51,195 nt of DNA from positions 124,098 through 175,292 of IMG/VR virus record IMGVR_UViG_3300020045_003677; one strand, 5' to 3'. The notes under the pieces were generated by a model that worked only from the letters and a program-made list of their open reading frames with translations, was not told the origin of the DNA and searched no databases. Source of the DNA: a virus. Lineage: Duplodnaviria > Heunggongvirae > Uroviricota > Caudoviricetes. Shown in pieces: positions 26,401-37,800 of this stretch. The position numbers and the translations under genes were made by a program. The first letter of the stretch is position 1, and the number at the start of each line of letters is the position of its first letter.

Positions 26401-27042
26401 TTACATATCACCAATTTTATGCTTACCGTCATTTACCTGACCGATCTCATTTTCGAAGTCTACTATACTACCAGAGGCTTTGCATAGTCTCCACAGTCGT
26501 AGTAATGATCTAGACCATTGTTCTTCCTCTACTTGCTCATCAAGATACTTGAGGATCATCGGAAGTGCTGTGTAATCTTTATCAGCCTGGGCCTGGTCGA
26601 ACATCTCACCTATCATACCCGAAGTCTCCAACTCCCTTTCAATAGCACCTACTAATAGGCATTCCATATCTGTTAGTGGAGGACATTTATCATCCGTGGT
26701 ATGTGGGATTGGTGCACCTTTCCCAGTCTTTTGTACGTGGTCAATAAAGGCCAGTGCGTGCTTATGTTCTTCACCACTACGATCCATAAAGAATCTACTG
26801 GTTTCCGGGAAGCCATGGGCATTACACCACCCGGCGAATACCATATACAGTCTCTCGTTTGATAACTCATGAGCTATCTGTCTTGCAAATAGATCACATG
26901 TTTTTGTGCATGCTTTCTTAGGTTCATCTAGAATCAAGAAATTCTCCTGTTTATTCTGAGGAGCAGAAGCTACTGGTGTAACTTTTGGTTGTGGTACTGA
27001 TGCTGGTATAGGTGCAGTGCCATCTGGTTGTTTGAAAATCAT
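26401..27042 (-). CDS. ftnA: Non-haem ferritin (FtnA-like) with a Pro-rich N-terminal extension
   Basis: QIAHELSNERLY, EEHKHA, ERELETS, YLDEQVEEE give the ferroxidase-centre pattern. Confidence 0.88.
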   Translation of the reverse strand: MIFKQPDGTAPIPASVPQPKVTPVASAPQNKQENFLILDEPKKACTKTCDLFARQIAHELSNERLYMVFAGWCNAHGFPETSRFFMDRSGEEHKHALAFIDHVQKTGKGAPIPHTTDDKCPPLTDMECLLVGAIERELETSGMIGEMFDQAQADKDYTALPMILKYLDEQVEEEQWSRSLLRLWRLCKASGSIVDFENEIGQVNDGKHKIGDM

Positions 27043-27053
27043 AGTAATAGGAA

Positions 27054-30000
27054 TTAAGATTTGACAGAATTTATAAGTTCTGACGCTGATGTGAATGTGT
27101 TATAGGCACCGACGGTTTGAGGAACTTTTAAGAAGGATTTCATAGCGGCTTTCTCATCTCCTGTGATCAGAGAAGTAGCTGCTGCAATGGCGCTTCCTGC
27201 TGTTGTGAGAGCCATATCAATACCTGGGAACACTGTGTCTCCCATTGTGCTGGTGGCTTTCCAGATTGCCATATCACTACTAGCATTAGAGTAAGCTCCT
27301 TCTAAAGCTTTACCTACAGTTGACCCAAAGAATTCCGGATTTTCTGATTTCATAAATGCTAGCAGAGGTGCTAACATAGCTACGAATAAGAATAGATCCG
27401 CAAATAATTTACCCAGGTTCTCTAACTGAATATCGGTTGGATTGGGAATTCCCTTAAACTTAGCAATCTCTCGCATAAGCCCACCTACCGACTCCAATAT
27501 ACCTTCATGAGGTATTCCTGTCCACTTCCAGTATCCACCATCTTCTAACTCTGTGTCATCTATCCACTCCATTTTTCCACGAGCAATACTCATATCAGTC
27601 GGAGTCCAATAGTTAGCAGCTTTCTGCTGGAACCATCCCTTGTACCTCAACATAGACCTACCAATAACAGACTTCTCTGCCATGGTGGTTTTATCCTTAT
27701 TAAAGGACCCATACAATTTAGTAGAATAGAACTTCATCGAAGTTAATTCATTAGCTGTAAGAGGCAGTAACATGGCTCCATCGTCCCCTATCATTCCTTC
27801 CTTGTCCAACTCTTCGCGTATAGTTTTCCACAACGCATACTTTTTCTTTTCTGCTTCTGTAGTCGGAGGTTGTGTCTGTTTACCATCACTCAGTGATTTG
27901 TTCTCCGGATCATACACATAGAATCTATCATCTAGTGTTTCGTCGTACTTCCAGTTTGGTTTTGCATCAGTACCAGTATTAATGTAGGCCTTATCAATTC
28001 CCAAGTGATGTACTTCGGCTAAGGCTGCTAGTGTTATAGAACTGGTGAAGAATAACTGGTTTAAGTAGAACATTGGTCTGGTCTTGAATACTTTAGCCTT
28101 ACCAACATCATACCATTCTTTCTGTTTTAACTGGGCGCTATCTGCATAGGTCATACCCAAATCGTACATGATCTGGAACCCTTTAGACTGCATATTAACA
28201 TCAACTGCAGCATCCAAGTTCTTAGCAGCCCAAGCAACATCCGACGGATAGAAGTGGACTGTTTTACCTTTAGACACCAGGCCGGTTAATGAGTTGGCTA
28301 GCATAGCAGATGTTATCTGGAATGTACCAGTAAATGCCTCAGTCATAGCTTGTTTAATGGATGCACTAAAGTATATGGTAGAAGTCATCTTACTGACCTG
28401 GTCAGCATACCTTGTGATAGGCTCACTTTCCTCTTTACCATACTTGTTCTTTACAACCATATTGGTCCATTCTTTAAGGTATTCAACAGTAGATTCTGCT
28501 TTAATATCCTTGTTTGATTCTTGTCTATCCTCAATCACATTATACAATGCATCGTGAATTACTAGGATATTACCCATATGCTCTGCTTCACTAGCAGTTA
28601 CAGCAAGGTTAACAAGTATAGCTGCAAGGTTTGTTTCCACATCTCTCTTAGGAATTACATTCTGTGTATTGTTGGAGATACCTAAAGCATCTTCACGAGA
28701 ACGTGAATGTTGTACTCCTTCATTACCAACCTGAGACGTGAACTTATCAGCCCCAGTGAACTCAAAGTCATTGGCCAGCTGTGGGTCGTAATTAGCCTTC
28801 TGCATACTCTTTACGTTCTGTTTAAGAGCATCAGTCCAGTTAGATATAGATTCGTATGATTTAGAATCAAACATACTCTTAGAGGCTCTAATAACCGGTA
28901 CCAAACCTTTAGACCATAGGTCACCATTCTTGAAGCCCTCCACCTTATTAGATGGTAATAGCTTGGTATAGTACTGCTCTATTGTACTGTTGAAGTATTC
29001 GATATAAGCTCTGGTTGCTGGGCTGTTTCTTAACGATGGGTCATTTGCATCTTTTAGTTTCATCCAGCTCTTTTCGTTTCCAGACTTAAAATCCGGATCC
29101 ATCATAGCTAATGCAAATGCTTTCTTCTCGTTACCACCGTTCTCCAATATGAATTCCCTTAGTAATTCATCATGCTTATCATAGAACTTTTTAAAGTCTT
29201 TTCGTACATTCTCTGACGCAGTATTCATAAGAACCTGAGACCTTTCAATAAGAACGTCTCCAGTACCCATCGCAGTTCTACCAAACTGACGACTTAATCG
29301 CTGTCTAATCAACTGTTTAGAGTTTATATTATACTGGTTCATTTGTACGATTGCCCTATCTATTGCTAGAACCTCAGGCATCTTCTTGACATTGGTTCCA
29401 GGGTGTAATCCCATAAGCAATGAGATCACTTCGTTTCTGTATTTACTAGTAGCAACCAGAGTTTCGTATGAAACAAGATCCCCATTCTTTATTCTCTGTA
29501 GTCTTTCCTCTAAGATTCTACCAATCTCGATAACCCCTTTATTCTTGAACTCTCCTTGTCTCTGAGCAATCAGTTTCTTTAGGTGATCGATGTAAGAGAA
29601 CCCGAACGCAGCCGGCGCAACGTTAGACGGTTTGTCTAGTAGGTCTGCTACAAACTGTGGGATGTCTTCTTTAGGAGCAAACTTTCGTATTAGCTGTAGT
29701 TTGGCTATCTCCTTAGGCATGTATGTGGTAGTGATAGATGCAGAGTCACTGGACACTATTGATGCCACCTTCATCTCTTCTATCAGTACTGGTTTGCTAG
29801 TCAATGACTTAAGCTTCAATGCAGCTAATCCAAGTTTCATTGATGCGAAGTCATGCATGTAGTTCTGTTCGATTACCTCAGATCCCGAGCGTGTGTCTCT
29901 TACCGCTTTATCGTTCGCGTACTTACCAAATACAGTAGTTCTCTTATCTGTCTTATCGGTAGAGAACTTTATACTTGAGTTGAGGACCGGCATAACTGAT

Positions 30001-31757
30001 AACAAAGAGATAGCACCGGTCAGTTTATTTTCTGCAACCAGTACGTCTGCACCTACATCAGCTAGCGATGGGTGATATCTATCTGCGCGAACTAGTGTAT
30101 GGGTTTCTCTATTGATAGACCCAAGTAGATTAGCTACGATAGTTTCTCTACCACCAAGATTATGCTGTTTATGCTTTCCTTCAACATTGAAGAATTGTAT
30201 AATATTGTTAGCTAAGTGTTTCTGTTCTTCTTTGATCTGTCTGTAGTCGTTTAACAGTACAGTCTCTATTTCTGAATCAGTTTTATCATCGGTGTAGTAC
30301 CGTCTTTGATCTCTACCTAAATCAGGATTATCTCTGTTAAAGAACTTCTTCCCTCTATCGTCGGTATTTATCTGAGCCTTTTTACGTTGTACATATCCAG
30401 TAGAATTATCTCTTGTATACAGAAGGTTGATCATATCATCCTTAGATGCAAGGTCCATAATAAACTTGTGTGTACCGTTTGCCCGGGCCTGTTCGATCAT
30501 AGCTTTAGTAGCCTCAGTATCCTGTTGTAGTAAATGATGCAATGTAGGGTTAGCTATAATCTCCATCTTGTTGGCATTCATACCAGTATAGATCCACTCA
30601 CGTTCTTTTGACTGAGTGTTAGTGATTCTAGCCATATCTCCAGGAAGCATGATAACATATGTCTGTGGTACCTTATATCCATTCTCTTCTAGAATAGCGG
30701 CATAGTAAGACATTTGAACTCGCGCACTGTTAGCTGGAGTATCAAATAGATTCTCACTTTCAAACTCTCCACCAAACTTACCTGTTCCAACCTTATTCAT
30801 ATTAAGTGCAGATTCTGCAGACTTAGTCTTGAAGTCGAATACGTACGCATTACCATGATTGGTAATCATAACTAAGTCGGCGGTTCCGGCCGGTTTCCCA
30901 GGAACATTGTCACTTGACAACTTTAACTCGGGTAGTAACTGAAATGCAGGAGCTTCTCCATATCTCAATTTCTCTTGATTTACTATCTTATGAATCTGAT
31001 TAAGAACCTTTTGTGCAATCTCGTTCATGTTATCAGCTTGGATAGCAACCATACCCTTGAACTTCTTATCCTTAGATAGTGTTTCTCTAGCTGCTCTTAA
31101 CAGAACTGAATTACTGACATACGTTTCTTTACCGGTTTTAGCTTCAACATCTAGTACCTGTTTGTTGTACTCAACTATAAACTGCTGCATAACCGCGTGG
31201 AAATACTCCCCCCATTTAGCGGAAGCAGCCCATTTATCTTTGAATTGTGTCTGTGCTACTTGCTCTAGGTAGTCCTCTTCTTGGGTAGACATGAACTCAT
31301 CGTAGATTTTGTCGACTACTAATTGTTCTGGTCTTGAGTCTTCGGACTCATACCCTTTAATACGTAGTGCTTCTTTCTCAATATATCTTCTAGCTTGATC
31401 TAAGGCAATACCATCTGTGTCGAATTCACTTTTTTGAACTCGATATCCTGTTTCTACGTCTGGCTCAGTCTTTAGATTCTTAACCAGGTTGGTAATACGA
31501 TTATGTAAATTCCCAGATGTCTCATTAAGATACTGGGATTCGTCAGCGTTCAATCGTAGTTTTGCTGACTTTGTAATCAGCTCATCAACAGATAGGACAT
31601 TGCCCATACTGTCGGTGCTGAACTTAGCATTAGTGCTAAGCATGTATTCTATATAGGCTTTAAGAGCAGCTTCATGCCCTTCTTTCTTCAGTGTCTCGTA
31701 ATATACAGGTGAAGGATTACCATCAATATCGTAGTAAACGGTGTTACAAATAGCCAT
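27054..31757 (-). CDS. Giant putative virion-ejected protein with a PD-(D/E)xK (RecB-like) nuclease domain and hydrophobic C-terminal helices
   Basis: AGTADLV...VFDFKT...QMSYYAAIL. C-terminal LFADLFLFVAMLAPLLAFM. Located next to the RNAP gene. Confidence 0.75.
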   Translation of the reverse strand: MAICNTVYYDIDGNPSPVYYETLKKEGHEAALKAYIEYMLSTNAKFSTDSMGNVLSVDELITKSAKLRLNADESQYLNETSGNLHNRITNLVKNLKTEPDVETGYRVQKSEFDTDGIALDQARRYIEKEALRIKGYESEDSRPEQLVVDKIYDEFMSTQEEDYLEQVAQTQFKDKWAASAKWGEYFHAVMQQFIVEYNKQVLDVEAKTGKETYVSNSVLLRAARETLSKDKKFKGMVAIQADNMNEIAQKVLNQIHKIVNQEKLRYGEAPAFQLLPELKLSSDNVPGKPAGTADLVMITNHGNAYVFDFKTKSAESALNMNKVGTGKFGGEFESENLFDTPANSARVQMSYYAAILEENGYKVPQTYVIMLPGDMARITNTQSKEREWIYTGMNANKMEIIANPTLHHLLQQDTEATKAMIEQARANGTHKFIMDLASKDDMINLLYTRDNSTGYVQRKKAQINTDDRGKKFFNRDNPDLGRDQRRYYTDDKTDSEIETVLLNDYRQIKEEQKHLANNIIQFFNVEGKHKQHNLGGRETIVANLLGSINRETHTLVRADRYHPSLADVGADVLVAENKLTGAISLLSVMPVLNSSIKFSTDKTDKRTTVFGKYANDKAVRDTRSGSEVIEQNYMHDFASMKLGLAALKLKSLTSKPVLIEEMKVASIVSSDSASITTTYMPKEIAKLQLIRKFAPKEDIPQFVADLLDKPSNVAPAAFGFSYIDHLKKLIAQRQGEFKNKGVIEIGRILEERLQRIKNGDLVSYETLVATSKYRNEVISLLMGLHPGTNVKKMPEVLAIDRAIVQMNQYNINSKQLIRQRLSRQFGRTAMGTGDVLIERSQVLMNTASENVRKDFKKFYDKHDELLREFILENGGNEKKAFALAMMDPDFKSGNEKSWMKLKDANDPSLRNSPATRAYIEYFNSTIEQYYTKLLPSNKVEGFKNGDLWSKGLVPVIRASKSMFDSKSYESISNWTDALKQNVKSMQKANYDPQLANDFEFTGADKFTSQVGNEGVQHSRSREDALGISNNTQNVIPKRDVETNLAAILVNLAVTASEAEHMGNILVIHDALYNVIEDRQESNKDIKAESTVEYLKEWTNMVVKNKYGKEESEPITRYADQVSKMTSTIYFSASIKQAMTEAFTGTFQITSAMLANSLTGLVSKGKTVHFYPSDVAWAAKNLDAAVDVNMQSKGFQIMYDLGMTYADSAQLKQKEWYDVGKAKVFKTRPMFYLNQLFFTSSITLAALAEVHHLGIDKAYINTGTDAKPNWKYDETLDDRFYVYDPENKSLSDGKQTQPPTTEAEKKKYALWKTIREELDKEGMIGDDGAMLLPLTANELTSMKFYSTKLYGSFNKDKTTMAEKSVIGRSMLRYKGWFQQKAANYWTPTDMSIARGKMEWIDDTELEDGGYWKWTGIPHEGILESVGGLMREIAKFKGIPNPTDIQLENLGKLFADLFLFVAMLAPLLAFMKSENPEFFGSTVGKALEGAYSNASSDMAIWKATSTMGDTVFPGIDMALTTAGSAIAAATSLITGDEKAAMKSFLKVPQTVGAYNTFTSASELINSVKS

Positions 31758-31777
31758 AGTATATATTGTTTCTTTTT

Positions 31778-31788
31778 ATTATAGTAAA
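31778..31788 (-). promoter_or_regulatory. Putative phage promoter (TTTACTATAAT) overlapping a terminator U-tract
   Basis: Exact 11-mer on the minus strand, 20 nt before ATG 31757. Confidence 0.5.
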
Positions 31789-31812
31789 AAAGCCCGAGAT
31801 AATTCCCGGGCT
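31786..31812 (-). terminator. Intrinsic terminator after the RNAP gene
   Basis: AGCCCGGGA-ATTA-TCTCGGGCT-TTTTT on the minus strand. Confidence 0.8.
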
Positions 31813-31821
31813 CTTAGTTGA

Positions 31822-34800
31822 TTATACACAGACTCGCTTAATAAACCCTTTCTCAGTTAACAGATCTAGCACCTGTTTATAGTCAATCATTGCTCCCTTA
31901 CGAGATTGTGCGATTAACTGCTTAGTTTCATTAGAGAAGTCTTTTAGCATTGAGCCCTTACCATAGGCTAGCTCGCTGCCGAGTTTGTCTATTATTGACC
32001 CAAGAGAGTCAGTAAGTGTTAGGTCTAGTTTATCTTCACTAACCCCAAATGCCTTGTTAAATATACCCTTAAAGAAATCCAGTATCTTTCCAAATACTGT
32101 GGACCCTTTAGATGTTAGATCAAGTAATGCAGTCAGATGTTCATTCTCTGATGCTGTTCCCATCATATGTGCAGATACCAGCGATACAAATACTTCTTCA
32201 CCTAATTCGAACCTGGTAATATCCTTGTAGGTCTTAGCCATAGATTCAGCTAGTGGATGTTCTAACGAATGCTCTATCAACTGGTGATACAGTTCCGGAT
32301 CCTCTAGTTTAAGGTGTTGCATATAAATATGCATGTACTCATGTATTGGAGTATCGAGAGTCATTCGCTCCTGGTTGAAGATTACTTCACCATTCATTAC
32401 AAATGCTTTAACTCCTGGCCTGCTATAATGTGCTCCGAATGTCTCCTCTATTTGAGCAGTACTCATACGAGAGAAGTTACTTCCCGGGAACCTATCATTC
32501 AGAACATTTATCAGACTGTTTAGAACATCAGGAGAAGCTTCTCTACTGAACTTATTTCTAAGATCGTTAGGTACTTCATGTTCCATACTGAAAGGGGAGT
32601 ATCCTTTAGGCTTAACCTCTTTGTTAGTGATTACTCTACTAACCAGTTCTGTAGAACCATCTGGGCGACCTTTAGTTTCTTCTCCACCAATATACACATC
32701 CAGACTACCACCCTTCTTCAATAACGTATCCTTGACCAATTTCTCGAATGAGTCGTTGGTAACTCCCATCAATCGCATAAGCTGTTGTGCCTGTCCCCAT
32801 GATGTGTTATCTAAAAGTGTCTGATCTTTAAATGCTTCGATAGCTATAGATGGGGCCTTGCCGGCAACCAAATCCTTGGTAGTCTCTGGTGTAAGTTTAG
32901 CGCCCTCAAGAGATTTGAACCTATCTTCGATAATATTCTTACCCTTGTACAGAGTAATCAATTTCGATACGATACTACTCTGAGTATCAAATATGTCGTT
33001 TGTCTCTTTAATAATAGCTGCTGCAGCTCTACGCTCTCTACCAGTGTATAAATGGTTAAGTTTATCCAAGTCAAATGTCTCGAATTGTTCGAACACTGCA
33101 TTAGACAGGTACTGTTGCTTTAATGCTTCGAACTGATTATTCAATGCAGTTTCTGACATATTGAACTGTTTAGCAGCATCTAGACCGTCTATAACAGGTT
33201 TGATATTAGCAACATTAAGTCCACCATACATGTTCCTAGCTTTACCAATCCTTGATGGACTTATGGTAACGTTGTTAGTTGGAACAGATCCCTCTACTTT
33301 TCTATCATAGAGAACTCCATTTAAAGTAAAGAATCCATGGCTTACGTCTGACTTCAACTTATCTTTGATTGTTGAATAGCGTTTTCCAATCCTATGCTGA
33401 CTAAGTTCTAGTCCATCGGTACTACCGGCTAATAGGAATTGTTTTGACACTATTTCATACGCACCATTGTCGCGTTTAATCAGATACTGTTCACCTTCAA
33501 AGTTTGTATTAGAAGCAATATGTAGAGATTTGGATAGGTCCTTTTTAAATCTATCTATAAAGTACTTATCAACATAGGATATGATCTTTGCTTTAACTGG
33601 CTCTCCTGACGGAGTTACTTCTGGAAGTGTGGTTTCCCATCCTTCATCGAATCCAGTATCAGTGATCATACCTGTTTGATTTACACCAGAGAATGGAATT
33701 ACTAGACTAGGTATTCTCTGTACCATTGGGATCCACAACTTAATGAATTTATCCCATTTATAAATAAGTCCAGTTTCTTTACTCCTGATAATGTCGTCCT
33801 TTATACCATTCTTTGACATCTTACCTTTAGTAATACCTTCTGTATGAAACAGTTTTTCGTTTGCATCCAGGTATGTACGACGTCTGTGAACCTCTTCAAA
33901 TTCACCGTCGTTGTCAAAGAAATCATCTCCTACCTCACTGCCATAGTCAAAGAAGTCCTCAGTTATTTGCTCTTCATTGTTTACTGCTTGTTCATATGTA
34001 CCTATGTTATCCTTACTGGTAGATAATGCCTCTATGAATATTGGGTTATTATATTTAACAATATCCTTATTATTAGAGTTTAACGCAATAGCTGATATGG
34101 CGTCTGCATTATTCTTTATGTATCCAGAGAAGTCCACATATTTTTCAGGGTCATACAATGCAATAAATGATCCACTCGCATAACTACCTTTATTGGTAAT
34201 TAAACTATATAGAAACAGAGCATCGTATAGCTCACGGTTACTTTTCTTCAAAGCGGATAATCCAACTTTAAGTTCTGCAAAACGATCTGCTGTTACATTG
34301 TGCAAATTAGGCCCTTTAAGAATAGGTACTCTAACCTGAGTAATGTAATCGACTGTAGAATCCTGTGCCGGTATAGACGACAAGAAGTGGTTATCTGCAC
34401 CAAAGTTTGCTGCCTGATTTACTGCTTCTGGTAAGTACTGAATGAATTCGTATCTACCGCCAATACTAGTATCTGATGTCATCGGTGAAGTAGCTATTGA
34501 TAGGTCGAATGTTTTACCGTCGATCACAAACAGCTTCGTTACATCTTTCAAGTAACCTTCTACCCCAATACCATAGATTAGGTTCTGTATTCCTTTGTAG
34601 TCTTTATCAGTTACCTTACGTTTAAGTCTAGGTGCCTTAGCAGTCATGTTGTCAATGATCGTTTCTACAGTAGAGTCTACTTTTGATACTACATTAACTA
34701 ACTCTTTGGCCTTGAACATAGCCTCATAGTAACCGAAGTAGTGTGAGTTTTTAGATAGAACAAATGGTACGTTAATACCAGTTCTCTGGGTATCGAATGA

Positions 34801-37800
34801 TTTGATAATATCATGCATGTACATTCCACCATCACCACCATCTTTAACTGCTCTACTTGCACTTTTAATAAACCTCTCGAAATCAAATGCAGGTTTGCCT
34901 CCAGTGATATCGTTAAGTCTGGCCTCAATTCCACTAATGAACTTCCAACCTTCGAATGCGCTATTCTTAAGACCTTGGTTGATTGACAATAAGCTGGATA
35001 ACAATCCAAACTCTTCTGTCATTTTAGCGAAGGTAAATAGCTGTCTGAATGGGTCACTAACATATTCTCTTAGTTCCTTTTCACCAGCACCTAGAGGTAC
35101 ATCGGGTTGCATGGTTTCCAATATAGGAAGCAATCTAGCAAACCCACCACCATCTTTTTGAGTATCACCAACTTCATCAATCTTTCTGATGAGTCCACGA
35201 ATATCTCTGATGTCATTATAGGTTTTGGTTCCGATTTTAACAGTACGAGGTCTAGCCTTAGGGTCGGTATGCCCAACAAGTTGTAGAGCATATTTCAAGT
35301 CAATACCCATTCTAACCATCGTAGAGATGATGGAACTGGTTGCTGTTGTAGCATTGATCTGACCTAAGATAAGTTCTTTAGCATTATCGGTAGCAGCTGA
35401 TAGAAGCTCTGATAAATCTTCCCAAGCCTGTTCGTCAACGTTAGCATTATTAGATGCATGGATTGCGTCAACATACTCTGATAGGATAGCTATCTGCTCT
35501 TCTTCTGTCTCAGCATTCTTAAGCTTGTCTAGCCCCTCTTTTGCTTTAATACTAATACCTTTACCTTCTCCTACATACTTACCTGAGTTAGCAATAGTAG
35601 AACTTTCGGATGTAAGCTCTCCAGTCTTTAAGTCAAAGAACTGAACTGCATCTTGTCTAATACCAAGCTTCTCTGATTGAGTAATGTTTAATCCACTATT
35701 ACTCTTGAATTTGATGTACTCTCCTTCAGATGAAGGGTCGCTAGTAATGGTCGCGAAGTATGTTGCAAAATAACCTTTTAAGTCGGAAGCAAATATACCG
35801 ATACCACTCTTACCATCCATGTTAAGCTTTTCATACTTGAACATATCGGCCGGGTTAAATGGAGATGCATGCTCTCTTAGTTTAAGAATATCCTCAACGG
35901 ATTTAGATTTAACTGCTTGAGAAAGATCTGGTTCGGTTTTAGCCTGTTTAGTTTTATCCATAGATACAGGAGTATTGGCCTCAATAGCATTCTTTGGAGA
36001 CTTAAATACTGCTGTGATATTGTGTACAATGAAGTTTTGTATTGCTGATTTAAAGTAAGCATTAGCCTCTTTTGATGTCATACCTTCGCTCCATGTATTG
36101 AATTTATCCATACTTATCTGTCCGTTGGCATCTAAGAATGGTTTCCAGTCTATAAGAACTCCGTCCTCGTCAAAGGCCCAAGTCATCATATTCTGCTTAT
36201 CAATATCGTAGTCAGCACCGGTCATCTTCAACATCTCAAGTGGACCGTAACATGAGTTACGACTAGAGAACACAAAGTTCTTAATCTTACCAATGGTACC
36301 AGACTGTTTACCTTGAGCAGGAATACGAGCTGTAATAAACTCTAGTGATGTAGTGAATCCAGAAGCCAGTTTAGCTGCTTTCTTATTTATCAGCTGAGTA
36401 ATAGGCCCATTAGGAAACTCTCCTTGTTTGAACACTCTATTAAGAATATCAGCATCTGTGGTTTCCACTGTTACTGTAGACTCTTTAAGTTCGGTTAGCA
36501 ATAGGTTTAGAGCTTTTGAATACTCGGACCCACTAGGAGAGTTCTTTACTTGCTTTTCCATACGATCTATTGCTATTGCAACTGATGGTGCTGTACGGAA
36601 AGCATTGAAGTTGGACTCATACAATTTAGATACCCTCTGTTTGAAGAACTTAATCATTGACTTATTCTGAGCCCCTTTAGCAGCCTTGAATTCCGTCCAT
36701 GCAGCCTGTTGTTCAGGTGTCATCTGTTGGAAATAAGGTGAAGATGGAAGACCTATTATAGTGTTTATGGTACTGAAATTAGTATTCAGTTGTCTATAAA
36801 TATCTTCATTATCAATTAGAGAGATCTCCTTACCACCCTTAGAATATGTTCCAGGTTTAATAACACCAAGTGAAATTAGTTTATTGTAGTCCGGATCAGT
36901 AGCTCCAATAATATCATAAAGTGAGTCGGTATCACGAAGTAAGAATGTCTTCTTATGCATACTTGGCATATAGAACTCTGCCGGTTCACTTGTCCATCCC
37001 TCTTCCTGTAACAGGTTGTATAATGGTTTCTCGAACCTTTTAATAAATCCAGGATCTGTTGTCCTAGACTTGATAATAAATTCGATATCAGCAGTAGTAT
37101 CTGGGTTGTTAGCTAGTGCAGCATCTGCTTGTGCTAATTCAGTATTCGTAAATACTTCTCTGATTGGAGCGCCTTCCTCATTGTTACCATTAAAGTAATA
37201 GTATCTGCGTAGGTTTCTAGGTATTTCATCACCTGGTTTAAGAAACTTGACTGCTTGGAAAGCTTTATACTCTTCAGTATCTTTGATGTTAGTTATAGTA
37301 CCATCAGCATTGTGCTTTCTATACTGAGTCCACTGTAGTCTGTTAGAAGACCCTCTTGAGTTTCCTAATCTGTACTCGGTGTTATCTTGTACAAATCCTT
37401 CTACTAAACTATCCACATCTTCTGGATTAGTACTGGCTATCAATCGTCTTAGTTTTGAATACTGTATCTTGTCTCCAAGTTTAAGATTCATTCCTAACAT
37501 CATAGCTTCATAAGCTGGATTAACGATGGATATTGTCAGTATGTCACTTGGTACCAGATCAGCCATTACGGGAGGTTTAAGCGCAAATTGTGGATCGCCT
37601 ATCACTGCACTATATAATGGGTGTGTTGGGTTAATAGATATTTTATTGATGTCATCTCTAGTGAAACCATCTTTACCAGCTACAGTGAACGTCTTGATGA
37701 AGTCATGTGATGGTGCTACGATGTATTGTCCTCCAGGGAATGTCATTCTTACAGTGTTTCTATTGAAGTCTGAATTCACACTTGATGTAGCTACCGGCAA

